A DNA stretch of 64,000 nucleotides from Candidatus Eremiobacteria bacterium (GCA_963758295.1 CAVWUU010000001.1:96001-160000), one strand, 5' to 3'; shown: positions 48,616 to 57,639, counted from the stretch's first letter. Numbers and translations are program-made. The notes: generated by a model not told the origin, from the sequence alone.

Positions 48616-49295
48616 TCGAATTTGCCGAACTTGAAGCGTTGCTCGAAGCAGGCGGCGTCGAGCAGCGGCACCGTGCTGCCCTTGCGCAGTACGGCATGCT
48701 TGTGCTCGAGGCGAACCGCCAGTTCAACCTCACCGGCGCGAAGAGCGCGGCGGAATTTGGCCCGCACCTCCTGGATAGCCTCACCGTGGCACCGTTTGTG
48801 GAGCGTTCTCTCGTCGACGTTGGCTCGGGCGGCGGGTTGCCGGCAATTCCCCTCGCCATCGTGACGGGCGTGCCGGTCACCATGATCGAGACGACCGTGA
48901 AGAAGGCTCGATTCCTCGAACGAATGCTCTCGGAATTCGGCCTGAAGGGCGAAGTGATCGCCGAACGGGCAGAAGTCGCGGCCCGCGACCAGCGCTTGCG
49001 CGACCGCTTTTATACCGGGACTGCGCGGGCCGTTTCTACAGCGCCGACGGTTGCGGAGCTGCTGCTGCCGTTTATCGAGCCGGGGGGCGCAGCCCTAATG
49101 CAACGTGGGACGTTGGACGAGCAGGAACGCCACGCTTTAGAAGATGCCGCAGCGGTCCTTGGCGCTCAGCTCGAGCGTTACGTGCAGGTCGATGCCGCGG
49201 ACCGAAGGATTGCCATCGTGCGAAAAACGGGGCCAACCCCTCAGCGCTTTCCGCGACGTACGGGGATCCCGGAAAAACGGCCGCTCTGCCTCTGA
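48612..49295 (+). CDS. rsmG: 16S rRNA m7G527 methyltransferase RsmG (GidB)
   Basis: [32 protein letters not shown]. Confidence 0.96.
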   Translation: MIEFAELEALLEAGGVEQRHRAALAQYGMLVLEANRQFNLTGAKSAAEFGPHLLDSLTVAPFVERSLVDVGSGGGLPAIPLAIVTGVPVTMIETTVKKARFLERMLSEFGLKGEVIAERAEVAARDQRLRDRFYTGTARAVSTAPTVAELLLPFIEPGGAALMQRGTLDEQERHALEDAAAVLGAQLERYVQVDAADRRIAIVRKTGPTPQRFPRRTGIPEKRPLCL

Positions 49296-49296
49296 G

Positions 49297-49990
49297 TTAG
49301 CCGTGCGACGCCGCGACCGCCTCGAGGAAGCCGTAAAAGAGCGGGCCCCCGAGCGGCTCGTGCAGAGCCATACGCTCGGGATGCCATTGCACGGCGGCGA
49401 GCCACGGTTTGCGCATCGGCTGGACCCACTCGATGGCTTCGACTGTCCCGTCGGCATGGCGGCTTACGGCGCGCAAGCCATGCCCAATGCGATCTACGGC
49501 CTGATGGTGAGAAGACGTTACTTCCCCTGACGTGGCGTTCACCAGCAAGGCGAGCGCTGAGGCTTCATCGATATGAATGCCGTGGCGGCTTTCGTCGTGT
49601 AGGCGATGAGCTTCGGTTGGAAGGTTAGGGACGAGCGTCCCACCCTGATGCACGTTGATAAGCTGCATTCCCCGGCAGATCGCAAGCGTAGGCAACCCGT
49701 CGGGAGAAGGCTTGATCGAGAATCCGGAACTCGATCTCGTCGCGACCGTCAGCCGTGCGGCAAACGCCGGCCGCATCTTGGCGTCCGTAGCGGTTCGGGT
49801 CGACGTCCGCACCGCCGGTCAGAATCAGGCCATCCATGGTCTTAATCGCGGCTTCGTCAACATCGCGGCCGGAGCCGGCCAGCCAAAACAGCTGCACGTC
49901 AATGTTCCGCGCCTCGGCGGCCGCCATTAGAGCGCCCATATAAAGACGATACTTCGGCGTGCCTTGGTCAAAACTAAGGCCGATCTTCAT
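49297..49990 (-). pseudogene. PuuD-like class I glutamine amidotransferase (peptidase C26) with a one-base frameshift near 49697
   Basis: 5' part has GLILTGGADVDP…RDEIE; 3' part has PTLAICRGMQ, SSHHQA, VQWHPE. One extra G in CGACGGGTTG separates them; may be an assembly error. Confidence 0.85.
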
Positions 49991-50029
49991 TAGGACGCCT
50001 GGTTCGGGTTCGTCCGGAGGCTCCCTCGC

Positions 50030-50058
50030 GTTTCACGGGGAACTTCCCGGTGAAACAA
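50030..50058. promoter_or_regulatory. parS-like pseudo-palindrome, left copy of a 29-bp inverted repeat
   Basis: GTTTCACGGGGAACTTCCCGGTGAAACAA; contains the parS half-sites GTTTCAC and GTGAAAC. Confidence 0.75.
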
Positions 50059-50072
50059 GGTAGGAGCGATTC

Positions 50073-50441
50073 GTGGACGAGCTATCGGATTTGGAGCAGG
50101 GGATTATTCTAGGAGTGCTCATGGGCGAGGGACACTTCGGCGGAGACGGCAAGCAAGCGCAGGTTACCTTAAAGCTGCACGTGCGGCACGAGCCGCTGAT
50201 GCGCTGGCTCCACGACCGCATCCGTTGGTCGAAGCTCTATGGCCCGTACCACTATGACGGCCGGCATTTCATGCAGTTGATGTTCCGCGGCGAAAGTCTG
50301 CGCCGCGTCCTGGTTCCGATGCTGGCAAAGTTGCCGTGGCGCGAAATCGACCAGCACTCATACGGGCGCTTCCGGATCATGTGCGAACGATACGGGCTCC
50401 TTTCGGATGACGAAGTTGTTTCACCGGGGAGTTCCTCGTGA
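50073..50441 (+). CDS. Free-standing single-motif LAGLIDADG-fold protein (122 aa)
   Basis: ILGVLMGEGHF aligns with the LAGLIDADG helix; downstream strand/helix pattern and LVPML.KLP fit the fold. AGGAG RBS before GTG. Confidence 0.75.
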   Translation: MDELSDLEQGIILGVLMGEGHFGGDGKQAQVTLKLHVRHEPLMRWLHDRIRWSKLYGPYHYDGRHFMQLMFRGESLRRVLVPMLAKLPWREIDQHSYGRFRIMCERYGLLSDDEVVSPGSSS

Positions 50442-50445
50442 AACA
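50416..50445. promoter_or_regulatory. parS-like pseudo-palindrome, right copy of the 29-bp inverted repeat
   Basis: TTGTTTCACCGGGGAGTTCCTCGTGAAACA. Its sub-site AGTTCCTCGTGAAACA matches TGTTCCACGTGAAACA at 14/16, and it matches the reverse complement of the left copy at 27/29. Confidence 0.8.
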
Positions 50446-51844
50446 CCCGCTAGATGCGGTTTTGGCCTCCGCGCTTCCCTCGGGCTCGCTGTATGCGGTC
50501 GGCGGCCGAGTGCGCGACGAGTTGCGAGCGGAAATCGAAGGCGTCGACGTCCCCTTTAAGGACCTTGATTTCGTCGTCACGGGCGTGGCCCTCACCGAGC
50601 TGCGCCGCCGGATGGCCCAAGTGGGCCGCGTCGATCTCGTCGGCGCCTCATTTGCCGTGCTCAAGGTTACGGTCGGTGGTGAAACCGTCGACGTTGCCCT
50701 GCCGCGGCGGGAACGCTCGACCGGCCACGGCCATCGCGACTTCGACGTTCAAAGCGGCCCTGATATTCCGCTCGAGGAGGATTTGGCGCGCCGGGATTTT
50801 CGGATGAATATGATCGCGCGAGCGATTCCGTCTGGAACCCTTGTCGACCCATATCATGGCGAGGCGGACATTCGCGCCCGCCGGATCGACGTGCTGACAG
50901 ACGTCAGCTTTGAAGAAGATCCCTTGAGAATGCTTCGTGCCGCCCAGTTCGCCGCTCGTTTTGGCTATGAGCCAACCCCGGCGACGCGAAGGGCGATGGC
51001 GAAAGCCTCGCCGCTCGTTGCGGAGGTTTCACCCGAGCGTCTATACGAGGAGCTGATGAAGCTGTTCGGCCGCGCGGCAAAGCCCTCGACCGGGCTGCGT
51101 CTGCTTGAAGAAACGGGCGTACTGGGCCACTTCTGGCCGGAACTCCTCGAGGGTGCCGGCGTAGAGCAGAACGAGTGGCACGCATATGACGTCTGGCGCC
51201 ACAACTGGGAAACGATGGATGCTGTGCCGCCCGGCGACGCGACGTTGCGCGTTGCCGCGCTGCTCCATGATGTCGGCAAGCCCCGAACCAAAGACGGCCC
51301 GCATTTTTACCGCCACGAGATCGTCGGCGCGGAGATGGCACGCGAAATGCTGCGGCGCTTGCGCTTTCCGAACGAAACGATCGAGACAGTAGAACATCTG
51401 GTGCGGCATCACATGTACAATCAGGACCCCAATCTCACCGACGCCGCGGTGAGGCGCTTCATTCGCCGGATCGGCGTGCACCATTTGCAGCGTCAGTTTG
51501 CGGTGCGCCAAGCGGACATCAGGGGCTCGGGCATGCCCAAGCGCGACGAATCGAACGAGCAGTTCGAGCGGCGCGTCTGGGACGAAGTCGACCGGAAGCC
51601 GGCATTTTCCGTCGCCGACCTTGCCATCGGCGGGAGTGACGTGGTTGAAGCGTTGATCGCTGAAGGGTCAGCGAAGCCAGGCTTCAAGGGTGATGTTCGG
51701 GTGGGCGAGCTGCTCCACTGGCTTTTCGAGCAGGTTACGGACCGGCCCGAGCGTAACACGCGCCAGACGCTCCTCGCGCTCTTAGTTGAGCGCGTTCGGG
51801 AGCGTTCTGTTTCACCGGGAAAGAATACGCGGAGTTCCGCTTGA
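50438..51844 (+). CDS. cca: Class II CCA/tRNA nucleotidyltransferase with HD domain
   Basis: VGGRVRD, DLD, EDLARRDF, EDPLRMLRA, SPER, LLHDVGK. Confidence 0.9.
   Translation: MKHPLDAVLASALPSGSLYAVGGRVRDELRAEIEGVDVPFKDLDFVVTGVALTELRRRMAQVGRVDLVGASFAVLKVTVGGETVDVALPRRERSTGHGHRDFDVQSGPDIPLEEDLARRDFRMNMIARAIPSGTLVDPYHGEADIRARRIDVLTDVSFEEDPLRMLRAAQFAARFGYEPTPATRRAMAKASPLVAEVSPERLYEELMKLFGRAAKPSTGLRLLEETGVLGHFWPELLEGAGVEQNEWHAYDVWRHNWETMDAVPPGDATLRVAALLHDVGKPRTKDGPHFYRHEIVGAEMAREMLRRLRFPNETIETVEHLVRHHMYNQDPNLTDAAVRRFIRRIGVHHLQRQFAVRQADIRGSGMPKRDESNEQFERRVWDEVDRKPAFSVADLAIGGSDVVEALIAEGSAKPGFKGDVRVGELLHWLFEQVTDRPERNTRQTLLALLVERVRERSVSPGKNTRSSA
51808..51823. promoter_or_regulatory. Third, partial parS-like site inside the cca 3' end, just upstream of parA
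   Basis: TGTTTCACCGGGAA is identical over 14 bp to part of the left repeat's reverse complement. Confidence 0.6.
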
Positions 51845-52611
51845 GCCGCATCATCGCTCTCGTCAATCAAAAAGGCGGCGTCGGGAAAAGCACGACGGCC
51901 GTAAATCTGGGCGCTGCGCTGGCGGTGCACGGCAGTCGCGTGCTGGTCGTCGACTGCGACCCGCAGGGCAACACGACCACCGGATTTGGCATCGATAAAG
52001 CGCAGTTGCATCGCGACATCTACGACGTTCTAATGCAAGAAGCGAAGATCGACGACGTCATCGTTGCAACGGAAATCGAAAAGCTGTCCCTCGTGCCGGC
52101 AACTATCAACCTTGCGGGCGCGGAAATCGAGCTCGTTTCCGGGCTTTCGCGCGAAACGCGTTTACGGCAAGCAGTTCGTGCGATTGCCGGTCGCTACGAT
52201 TTCGTGTTGATCGACTGTCCGCCGTCGCTCGGGTTGTTGACGATCAACGCGCTCACTGCCGCCGAAGAAATCATCATTCCGGTGCAGGCCGAGTACTACG
52301 CGCTCGAAGGCTTGTCGCAATTGACGTCGGTGGTGCATCGCGTTCGCGAAGCACTTAACCCGGAGCTGCACGTTAGCGGAGTGCTTGTCACGATGTTCGA
52401 CGGACGCACGCGCTTGGCACTGGAAGTGCTCGACGAACTCGAAAAATTTTTTCCCGAGCAAATGTTCAAAACGCAAATTCCGCGCAACATCCGTTTATCG
52501 GAAGCGCCCTCGTACGGAAAGCCCGTTATTTTGTTCGACGTCAAAAGCCGCGGCGCACAAGCCTATCTGTCACTGGCCAAGGAAGTGGCCGACGCCGGAG
52601 TGCACGTATGA
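51841..52611 (+). CDS. parA: Chromosome partitioning ATPase ParA/Soj
   Basis: NQKGGVGKST, DCDPQGN, IDCPPSLG, IPRNIRLSEAPSYG. Confidence 0.98.
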   Translation: MSRIIALVNQKGGVGKSTTAVNLGAALAVHGSRVLVVDCDPQGNTTTGFGIDKAQLHRDIYDVLMQEAKIDDVIVATEIEKLSLVPATINLAGAEIELVSGLSRETRLRQAVRAIAGRYDFVLIDCPPSLGLLTINALTAAEEIIIPVQAEYYALEGLSQLTSVVHRVREALNPELHVSGVLVTMFDGRTRLALEVLDELEKFFPEQMFKTQIPRNIRLSEAPSYGKPVILFDVKSRGAQAYLSLAKEVADAGVHV

Positions 52612-53474
52612 GCCAACCGCCTAAACGGGGACTCGGTAAAGGCTTGGGCGCGCTGCTCGGCAATGCGCCGGTTCCAACGTCGCCGGCCGGGCGCGAAACG
52701 CTGCGCGACATCCCGGTGCAAAACATTACGCCGAATCCGTTTCAGCCGCGCAAAACCTTCGACTCCGGCACGCTCGAGGAACTAAAGTTGTCGATCTCCG
52801 AGTACGGCGTGCTTGTTCCGGTAATTGTGCGCAAGCGCGGCGAGCGCTTCGAGCTGATTGCGGGCGAGCGCCGCTGGCGCGCGTGCGCGGCCTTGCAAAA
52901 AGAGACGATTCCCGCGATCGTTCGCGAGTCCGACGACCGGGATTCACTGGAAGTCGCGATTATCGAAAACTTGCAGCGAGAGAACCTCAATCCGCTGGAA
53001 GAAGCTGAAGGCGTTCGGCACCTCATAGACGAGTACGCGTTGACGCAAGAAGAAGTCGCGTTACGCCTAGGAAAAAGCCGTCCGGCGGTCGCCAACGCGC
53101 TGCGGTTGTTGACGCTGCCCGATGCGTTGAAAACGATGCTTGTCGACGGGCGTTTGTCGGCTGGTCACGCGCGAGCGCTGCTCGGCGCACCTTCCGAAAC
53201 ACGCGCCGCATTGGCGCAGCGCGTCGTGGACGAAGGCCTTTCCGTTCGGGCGCTCGAGCGGCTTATCGGCGAAAAAAGTGCGCCACCGCCCGTGAAAGTG
53301 CCGCGGTTGCGCGAGCTTCTTCCCGAGGAACACGAATTTGAAGCGCGTTTGCGGGAACGATTCAGCGCGCATATTGCGTTAGTGCGCAACGGAAAAGGCG
53401 GACGGATCGAAATTCGCTTCAACAACGAAACCGACTTGATTCGACTGGGCGAGCTCCTATTGGGCGAGGGCTGA
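52608..53474 (+). CDS. parB: Chromosome partitioning protein ParB/Spo0J
   Basis: GLGKGLGALL, QPRKTF, AGERRWRA, ENLQRENL, HTH KSRPAVANALRLL, GHARALL. Confidence 0.98.
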   Translation: MSQPPKRGLGKGLGALLGNAPVPTSPAGRETLRDIPVQNITPNPFQPRKTFDSGTLEELKLSISEYGVLVPVIVRKRGERFELIAGERRWRACAALQKETIPAIVRESDDRDSLEVAIIENLQRENLNPLEEAEGVRHLIDEYALTQEEVALRLGKSRPAVANALRLLTLPDALKTMLVDGRLSAGHARALLGAPSETRAALAQRVVDEGLSVRALERLIGEKSAPPPVKVPRLRELLPEEHEFEARLRERFSAHIALVRNGKGGRIEIRFNNETDLIRLGELLLGEG

Positions 53475-53656
53475 TGTTCGTTCCATTCACGCGCATCATC
53501 ACCGTGCTGATGTTTGCAGTGCTGTGTTTCGTCTTGATCGTGCCGATGGCGCTGCAGCGCGGAAATACACTGCTTGCGGTAGGCATCTCCATCGTCTTCG
53601 TACTCTATCTGGTCGCAAACGTGGTTTTATGGCGGCGGATGCGGCCTCGCCGCTGA
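53474..53656 (+). CDS. Small two-TM membrane protein
   Basis: 60 aa, two hydrophobic helices and a basic tail; start overlaps the parB stop (TGATG). Confidence 0.7.
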   Translation: MFVPFTRIITVLMFAVLCFVLIVPMALQRGNTLLAVGISIVFVLYLVANVVLWRRMRPRR

Positions 53657-54288
53657 CTCGCGCGCAGCGCGCGGAACGGCTCCATGGCATTTATGCCATC
53701 GTCAATGAAGGCGAAGGTAACGCGATCGCGATCGCTCGCGAGGCCATCCGCGCCGGCGTCCGAGTCGTGCAATATCGCGCAAAACGAGGGATCGTCGGCG
53801 AAAATCTTCGGGCGTTACGTGACGCCGCGCGCGATGCGGACGCGTTGTTGATCGTGAACGACGATTGGCGCGCCGCCGTCGAATTCGATTGCGACGGCGT
53901 TCATCTCGGACCCGATGACGCGGGCTTCATCGATATCGCGCCGGTGCGCGCGGCTCTCGGCGAACGGCTCATCGGGCTTTCTTGCGGCACGACCGCCGAA
54001 GCGGAGGCGGCGCAGCGTATGGGCGCCGACTACATGGGCGTCGGATCGGTCTACGCAACGACGTCTAAGGGCGACGCCGGGGATCCGATCGGCATCGCGG
54101 GCTTGCGGCGCGTTGCCGCCGCAGCCGCCGTGCCGGTCGCGGCAATCGGCGGCATCGACGCGCTCCGGCTGGAAGCGGTTCGCGAAACAGGGGTCGCCAT
54201 GGCCGCGGTTATCTCGGCCATTGCGGACGGCGGCCTGCCCTTCGAGGCCGCGCAAGACTTAGTACGCCGGTGGAGCACCGGGGCGTGA
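53629..54288 (+). CDS. thiE: Thiamine-phosphate synthase
   Basis: VQYRAK, IVNDD, GVHLGPDD, IGLS, TTSK, AIGGI. Exact start uncertain. Confidence 0.93.
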   Translation: MAADAASPLTRAQRAERLHGIYAIVNEGEGNAIAIAREAIRAGVRVVQYRAKRGIVGENLRALRDAARDADALLIVNDDWRAAVEFDCDGVHLGPDDAGFIDIAPVRAALGERLIGLSCGTTAEAEAAQRMGADYMGVGSVYATTSKGDAGDPIGIAGLRRVAAAAAVPVAAIGGIDALRLEAVRETGVAMAAVISAIADGGLPFEAAQDLVRRWSTGA

Positions 54289-55055
54289 ACGGCGCGCCCG
54301 GACGGCTTGTCGTCTCGATTGGGACGACGCATCCATGGAACGTAGCGGGCACCGGCCTCGACCTGCATGTCGGCGCCGAACTAGGGATCCGCGTCGTGAC
54401 GGCCGTTGCGGCGGTTAGTGCTCAGGACGCCGGCGGGATCCGCGGGGTCGAACCCGTTTCCGATAAACTTTTTGAGGCGCAACTAAAGGCCGTCCCGTGG
54501 AGTGACGCGGGTGCCGTTCGGGTCGGAGCGCTCCCGTCGGCGTCGGCGGTGGACGCCGTGACTCGGGCGTTGCGCCAGATCCCGGAAGTTCTCGCCGTCG
54601 TCGATCCCGTGCTTAGCGCCACACGTGGCGGCCGTTTCGCCGACGAGGCGACGGCTGCATCGATCGGCGAGCATCTTGCCGCGCAGCCGAACGTCGTCCT
54701 CACTCCCAACGTCAACGAGGCCTCGGAGCTGCTCGGCAAGCCGGTGACGCGTGAAACGCTCGTGGAGTCGGCAATTGCGCTGTTCGAGCGCGGCGCGTAC
54801 GCGGTGCTGCTCAAAGGCGGACATCTGCAAGGCGCTCCCGAGGACGTGCTCGCGAGCGACGTAGGCGTAATGACCTTTAGCGAAGAGCGGCTGCCGCACG
54901 GGATGCGCGGCACCGGTTGCGTGCTCGCAATGGCGCTGGCATGCAACATCGCGTCCGGCTCCCCGTTGATCGAAGCGGTCGCATCGGCGCGACGGTTCGT
55001 GCGCGGAAAAATTGCGAACGCGAAACTGTTTCACGATTTGCGCGTTGCGTATTGA
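54285..55055 (+). CDS. thiD: HMP/HMP-P kinase (ribokinase fold), divergent
   Basis: VVDPV, TPNVNEA, LLKGGH, GTGC; GTGA overlap with thiE. Confidence 0.85.
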   Translation: MNGAPGRLVVSIGTTHPWNVAGTGLDLHVGAELGIRVVTAVAAVSAQDAGGIRGVEPVSDKLFEAQLKAVPWSDAGAVRVGALPSASAVDAVTRALRQIPEVLAVVDPVLSATRGGRFADEATAASIGEHLAAQPNVVLTPNVNEASELLGKPVTRETLVESAIALFERGAYAVLLKGGHLQGAPEDVLASDVGVMTFSEERLPHGMRGTGCVLAMALACNIASGSPLIEAVASARRFVRGKIANAKLFHDLRVAY

Positions 55056-55081
55056 CGGTGCAACCGGGGGACTGTTACCAT
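55052..55081 (+). promoter_or_regulatory. sigma70-type promoter for the trpS leader
   Basis: TTGACG, 18-bp spacer, TACCAT preceded by an extended TG. Confidence 0.6.
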
Positions 55082-55091
55082 GCGACCTACG

Positions 55092-55133
55092 ATGTTCGAT
55101 GCGCGCGCATGGTGGCGCCCCGTTACCGATTGA
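55092..55133 (+). CDS. Trp leader peptide MFDARAWWRPVTD (alternative start at 55080)
   Basis: Tandem TGG TGG codons in a short ORF upstream of trpS, followed by antiterminator and terminator sequences. Confidence 0.85.
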   Translation: MFDARAWWRPVTD

Positions 55134-55169
55134 ATTCAACCGGCGGGCCGCGCTTTGCGAAGCTCTTGG

Positions 55170-55206
55170 AAAAAAGCCGCCGGAATACCAGGCGGCTTTT
55201 TTGTTT
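55170..55206 (+). terminator. Attenuator terminator of the trpS leader
   Basis: AGCCGCC-GGAATACCA-GGCGGCT-TTTTTGTTT. The 5' arm can pair instead with CCGGCGG at 55140-55146. Confidence 0.88.
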
Positions 55207-55228
55207 CCATTCACCAACAGAGAGTGAG

Positions 55229-56236
55229 ATGACGACCGTAGCGACTTCAGCGAAACCACGCGTAATGTCGGGAATGCGCCCGACGGGAGGCCTGCATTTG
55301 GGCCATCTCGTGGGCGTGCTTGCGCAGTGGGCAAACTATTGCGAAACGGCGGATTCGTATTTCGAAATCGCGGATTTGCACGCGTACACGACCGGTTACG
55401 AAGATCCGCAGGTAATTCGCGACGCACGCAACGAGATGGTTGCGGTCTGGCTTGCCTCGGGCGTCGACCCGAAGAAATCCACGATTTTCTTGCAATCCGC
55501 GGTCCCGGAGATTGCCGAGTTGCATACGTTGCTCTCCATGGTTACGCCGGTCTCGTGGCTCGAACGCGTTCCGACGTATAAAGGGCAAATCGATGCGCTC
55601 GGCCAGCAGATCGCGACGTACGGGTTTCTCGGCTATCCGCTGCTGCAGTTGTGCGACATCGCCATCGTGCGCGGCGAACGCGTGCCGGTCGGCCGCGATC
55701 AGATCGCGCATTTAGAGTTCGCAAGAGAAGTGGTGCGCCGCTTCAACTTTCTCTACGGAAATGGCGAAGAAGTGCTCCTCGAGCCGCAACCGACGCTCAC
55801 CGAATTTGCGGAAGTTCCGGGTACCGACGGCCGGAAAATGTCGAAGTCCTACGACAACGCCATTCTCATTGCGGACGATGAAGAGACGACGACGAAAAAA
55901 GTGCGTTCTATGATCACCGATCCGCAAAAGGTGCGGCGCGGCGATCCCGGCCGGCCCGAGGTGTGCCCGGTGTTCGCACTGTGGAAATTCGTCAATCCGC
56001 TCAAGCTTGATGCGATTGCGGAAGGTTGCCGCTCGGGCGCCCTTGGATGCGTTGCGGATAAGTCCGATTTTGCGGAACAGCTAAACGCCTATCTTCGCCC
56101 GGTGCGCGAGCGCTTGGCGGTCTACCGGCAAGACCCGGGTGAAGTCGAGCGCATCATTGCCGACGGCACGGCCCGGACGCGTGGGATTGCAAGCGCGGTC
56201 GTCACAGACGTCAAACGCGCGATGAAGCTGTTGTAA
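55229..56236 (+). CDS. trpS: Tryptophanyl-tRNA synthetase
   Basis: SGMRPTGGLHLGH, IADLHA, YPLLQ, VPVGRDQ, KMSKS. Start set at ATG 55229. Confidence 0.98.
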   Translation: MTTVATSAKPRVMSGMRPTGGLHLGHLVGVLAQWANYCETADSYFEIADLHAYTTGYEDPQVIRDARNEMVAVWLASGVDPKKSTIFLQSAVPEIAELHTLLSMVTPVSWLERVPTYKGQIDALGQQIATYGFLGYPLLQLCDIAIVRGERVPVGRDQIAHLEFAREVVRRFNFLYGNGEEVLLEPQPTLTEFAEVPGTDGRKMSKSYDNAILIADDEETTTKKVRSMITDPQKVRRGDPGRPEVCPVFALWKFVNPLKLDAIAEGCRSGALGCVADKSDFAEQLNAYLRPVRERLAVYRQDPGEVERIIADGTARTRGIASAVVTDVKRAMKLL

Positions 56237-56243
56237 GACAAGA

Positions 56244-56268
56244 AGAGCCACCGCGAAACGGTGGCTCT
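56244..56268. terminator. Hairpin between convergent trpS and the lipoprotein gene
   Basis: AGAGCCACCG-CGAAA-CGGTGGCTCT. Confidence 0.75.
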
Positions 56269-56292
56269 CGCTCGATCTGGACGAGGGCGCCT

Positions 56293-57453
56293 TTACTTGA
56301 TGACGTGCCAGTCGGTCATTACGTATTGCGCGCCGCTCGGCGTAACGGTCAGCGTGCCATCCCCGAATGCGTCAACGTTGAACGTGGCGATTTGCGCGCC
56401 GCCGTTTGAAACGATCCCCGTCACAAACTGATCGCTCGTGGGCGAAACGCTCGAGTTCGTCGAGACGTTTAGGGTGTTGCCGTTTGCAAGCGTTGCGTTC
56501 GTCACGGTGAGATTCGTCAGAACGCCGCGGTTGAACGTCGTCGTGACGGGAATCGAGTACTGGCCGCGTCCCGTGCCGCCGTCGAGCGCGAACTCCGGCG
56601 CCGCGATCGGACAGACCGTATTCGCGTTTGCAATCCCGACCGACAGCGAGCCGATGGCGCCTTTGAAGGCGGAGCCGGTATGCGTGGCCGTCCACGTGAC
56701 CGATCCGTCGGCGTTAATGGTGCGCGTTCCACCGGTCGCTACGGCGCTCTGCCAGCCGAAGGTTTCACCCAGGCGTTGGATGCCGGTTGCGTTGTAGCCT
56801 GCGGCGTCACCGCAAAAGGTACTGGTGTTTCCGGCAGCCGGCATCACGACGAGTTCGTCGTCGTCCACGGCCGTTTTTGCGCCCGCGAGATCGAGGTTCG
56901 ACTGCGATTGGCGATTGAATCCGTCCGCCACGACCGGATAGCCGTACTGCGTGAACGTGGCGTTCCCGAACGTTACCGCGGAGGTTCGCGTTGCGCTGGG
57001 CGTATTGTTGTTCACCGCATAAAGTTTTTCGGTGCGATTGACGGTTTCGGCGTTACCGTTGATGGTATAGATACGCACGACGTCGCGCGCCAGCTGCGTG
57101 CACGCGGCGTCGTAGAAATATTGCGTTTCGGTCGAGCTCGCGTCGGCGTTCTTGTCGGGCGCGAAGAACTCCACGCTGCCGGTACACGTTCCGCTCGTGT
57201 CTCGCTCGTAAGAACCGTTCTTAGAAGCCAGACTCGGCGCGATCGTATTGTTGTAATTCGAGAGCGTTTTTACCGGGTCGCCCAGCGAATTCGCGGTGTC
57301 GATCGCGTTCTCCGATTGCTGCTGTGGGCTTAGCGTTGTGCCGCCGCCCGGATTGACCGGCGGACTCGTTGCGACCCCGGCGCCGGAGCCTCCGCCGCAG
57401 GCAGTAAGCGTAGCGGCCAGCGCGAGTGTCGCATAAAGAACTTTCGAGTGCAT
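56293..57453 (-). CDS. Lipoprotein of unknown function, Thr/Gly/Asn-rich beta protein
   Basis: MHSKVLYATLALAATLTAC lipobox followed by GGG; GAGG RBS. Confidence 0.85.
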   Translation of the reverse strand: MHSKVLYATLALAATLTACGGGSGAGVATSPPVNPGGGTTLSPQQQSENAIDTANSLGDPVKTLSNYNNTIAPSLASKNGSYERDTSGTCTGSVEFFAPDKNADASSTETQYFYDAACTQLARDVVRIYTINGNAETVNRTEKLYAVNNNTPSATRTSAVTFGNATFTQYGYPVVADGFNRQSQSNLDLAGAKTAVDDDELVVMPAAGNTSTFCGDAAGYNATGIQRLGETFGWQSAVATGGTRTINADGSVTWTATHTGSAFKGAIGSLSVGIANANTVCPIAAPEFALDGGTGRGQYSIPVTTTFNRGVLTNLTVTNATLANGNTLNVSTNSSVSPTSDQFVTGIVSNGGAQIATFNVDAFGDGTLTVTPSGAQYVMTDWHVIK

Positions 57454-57610
57454 TCCGTTGTCCTCTGAATCGAATGAGTGCGTTTGCTCCCTGAGCATAG
57501 GAGCAGGCACGTCGCGAAACATTAGCGCTTGCTGAAGCCGGCGCCAATTTTACGCGCCTCTCATTTTGATGCGGCGATAAATGAAAGCGGGCTTAGGGCC
57601 GCTCCGGTTC

Positions 57611-57639
57611 TGGACGGTTTTGGACAAAACGTCTATAAT
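57611..57639 (+). promoter_or_regulatory. Toxin-antitoxin promoter with an operator palindrome
   Basis: TGGACG, 17-bp spacer, TATAAT; the spacer holds GTTTTG-GA-CAAAAC. Confidence 0.75.

Noticed and set aside
50073..50441. Group I intron or intein hosting the LAGLIDADG ORF
   Set aside because: No interrupted host gene, no room for a ribozyme core and no intein splice motifs; the flanking genes are separate.
55027..55034. TGTTTCAC half-site in thiD, and other GTTTCAC hits near 6935, 51025 and 59947
   Set aside because: No matching second half-site; not counted as parS.
55056..55228. T-box riboswitch before trpS
   Set aside because: No TGGNACC T-box bulge and too short for stem I; the WW leader peptide explains the region.
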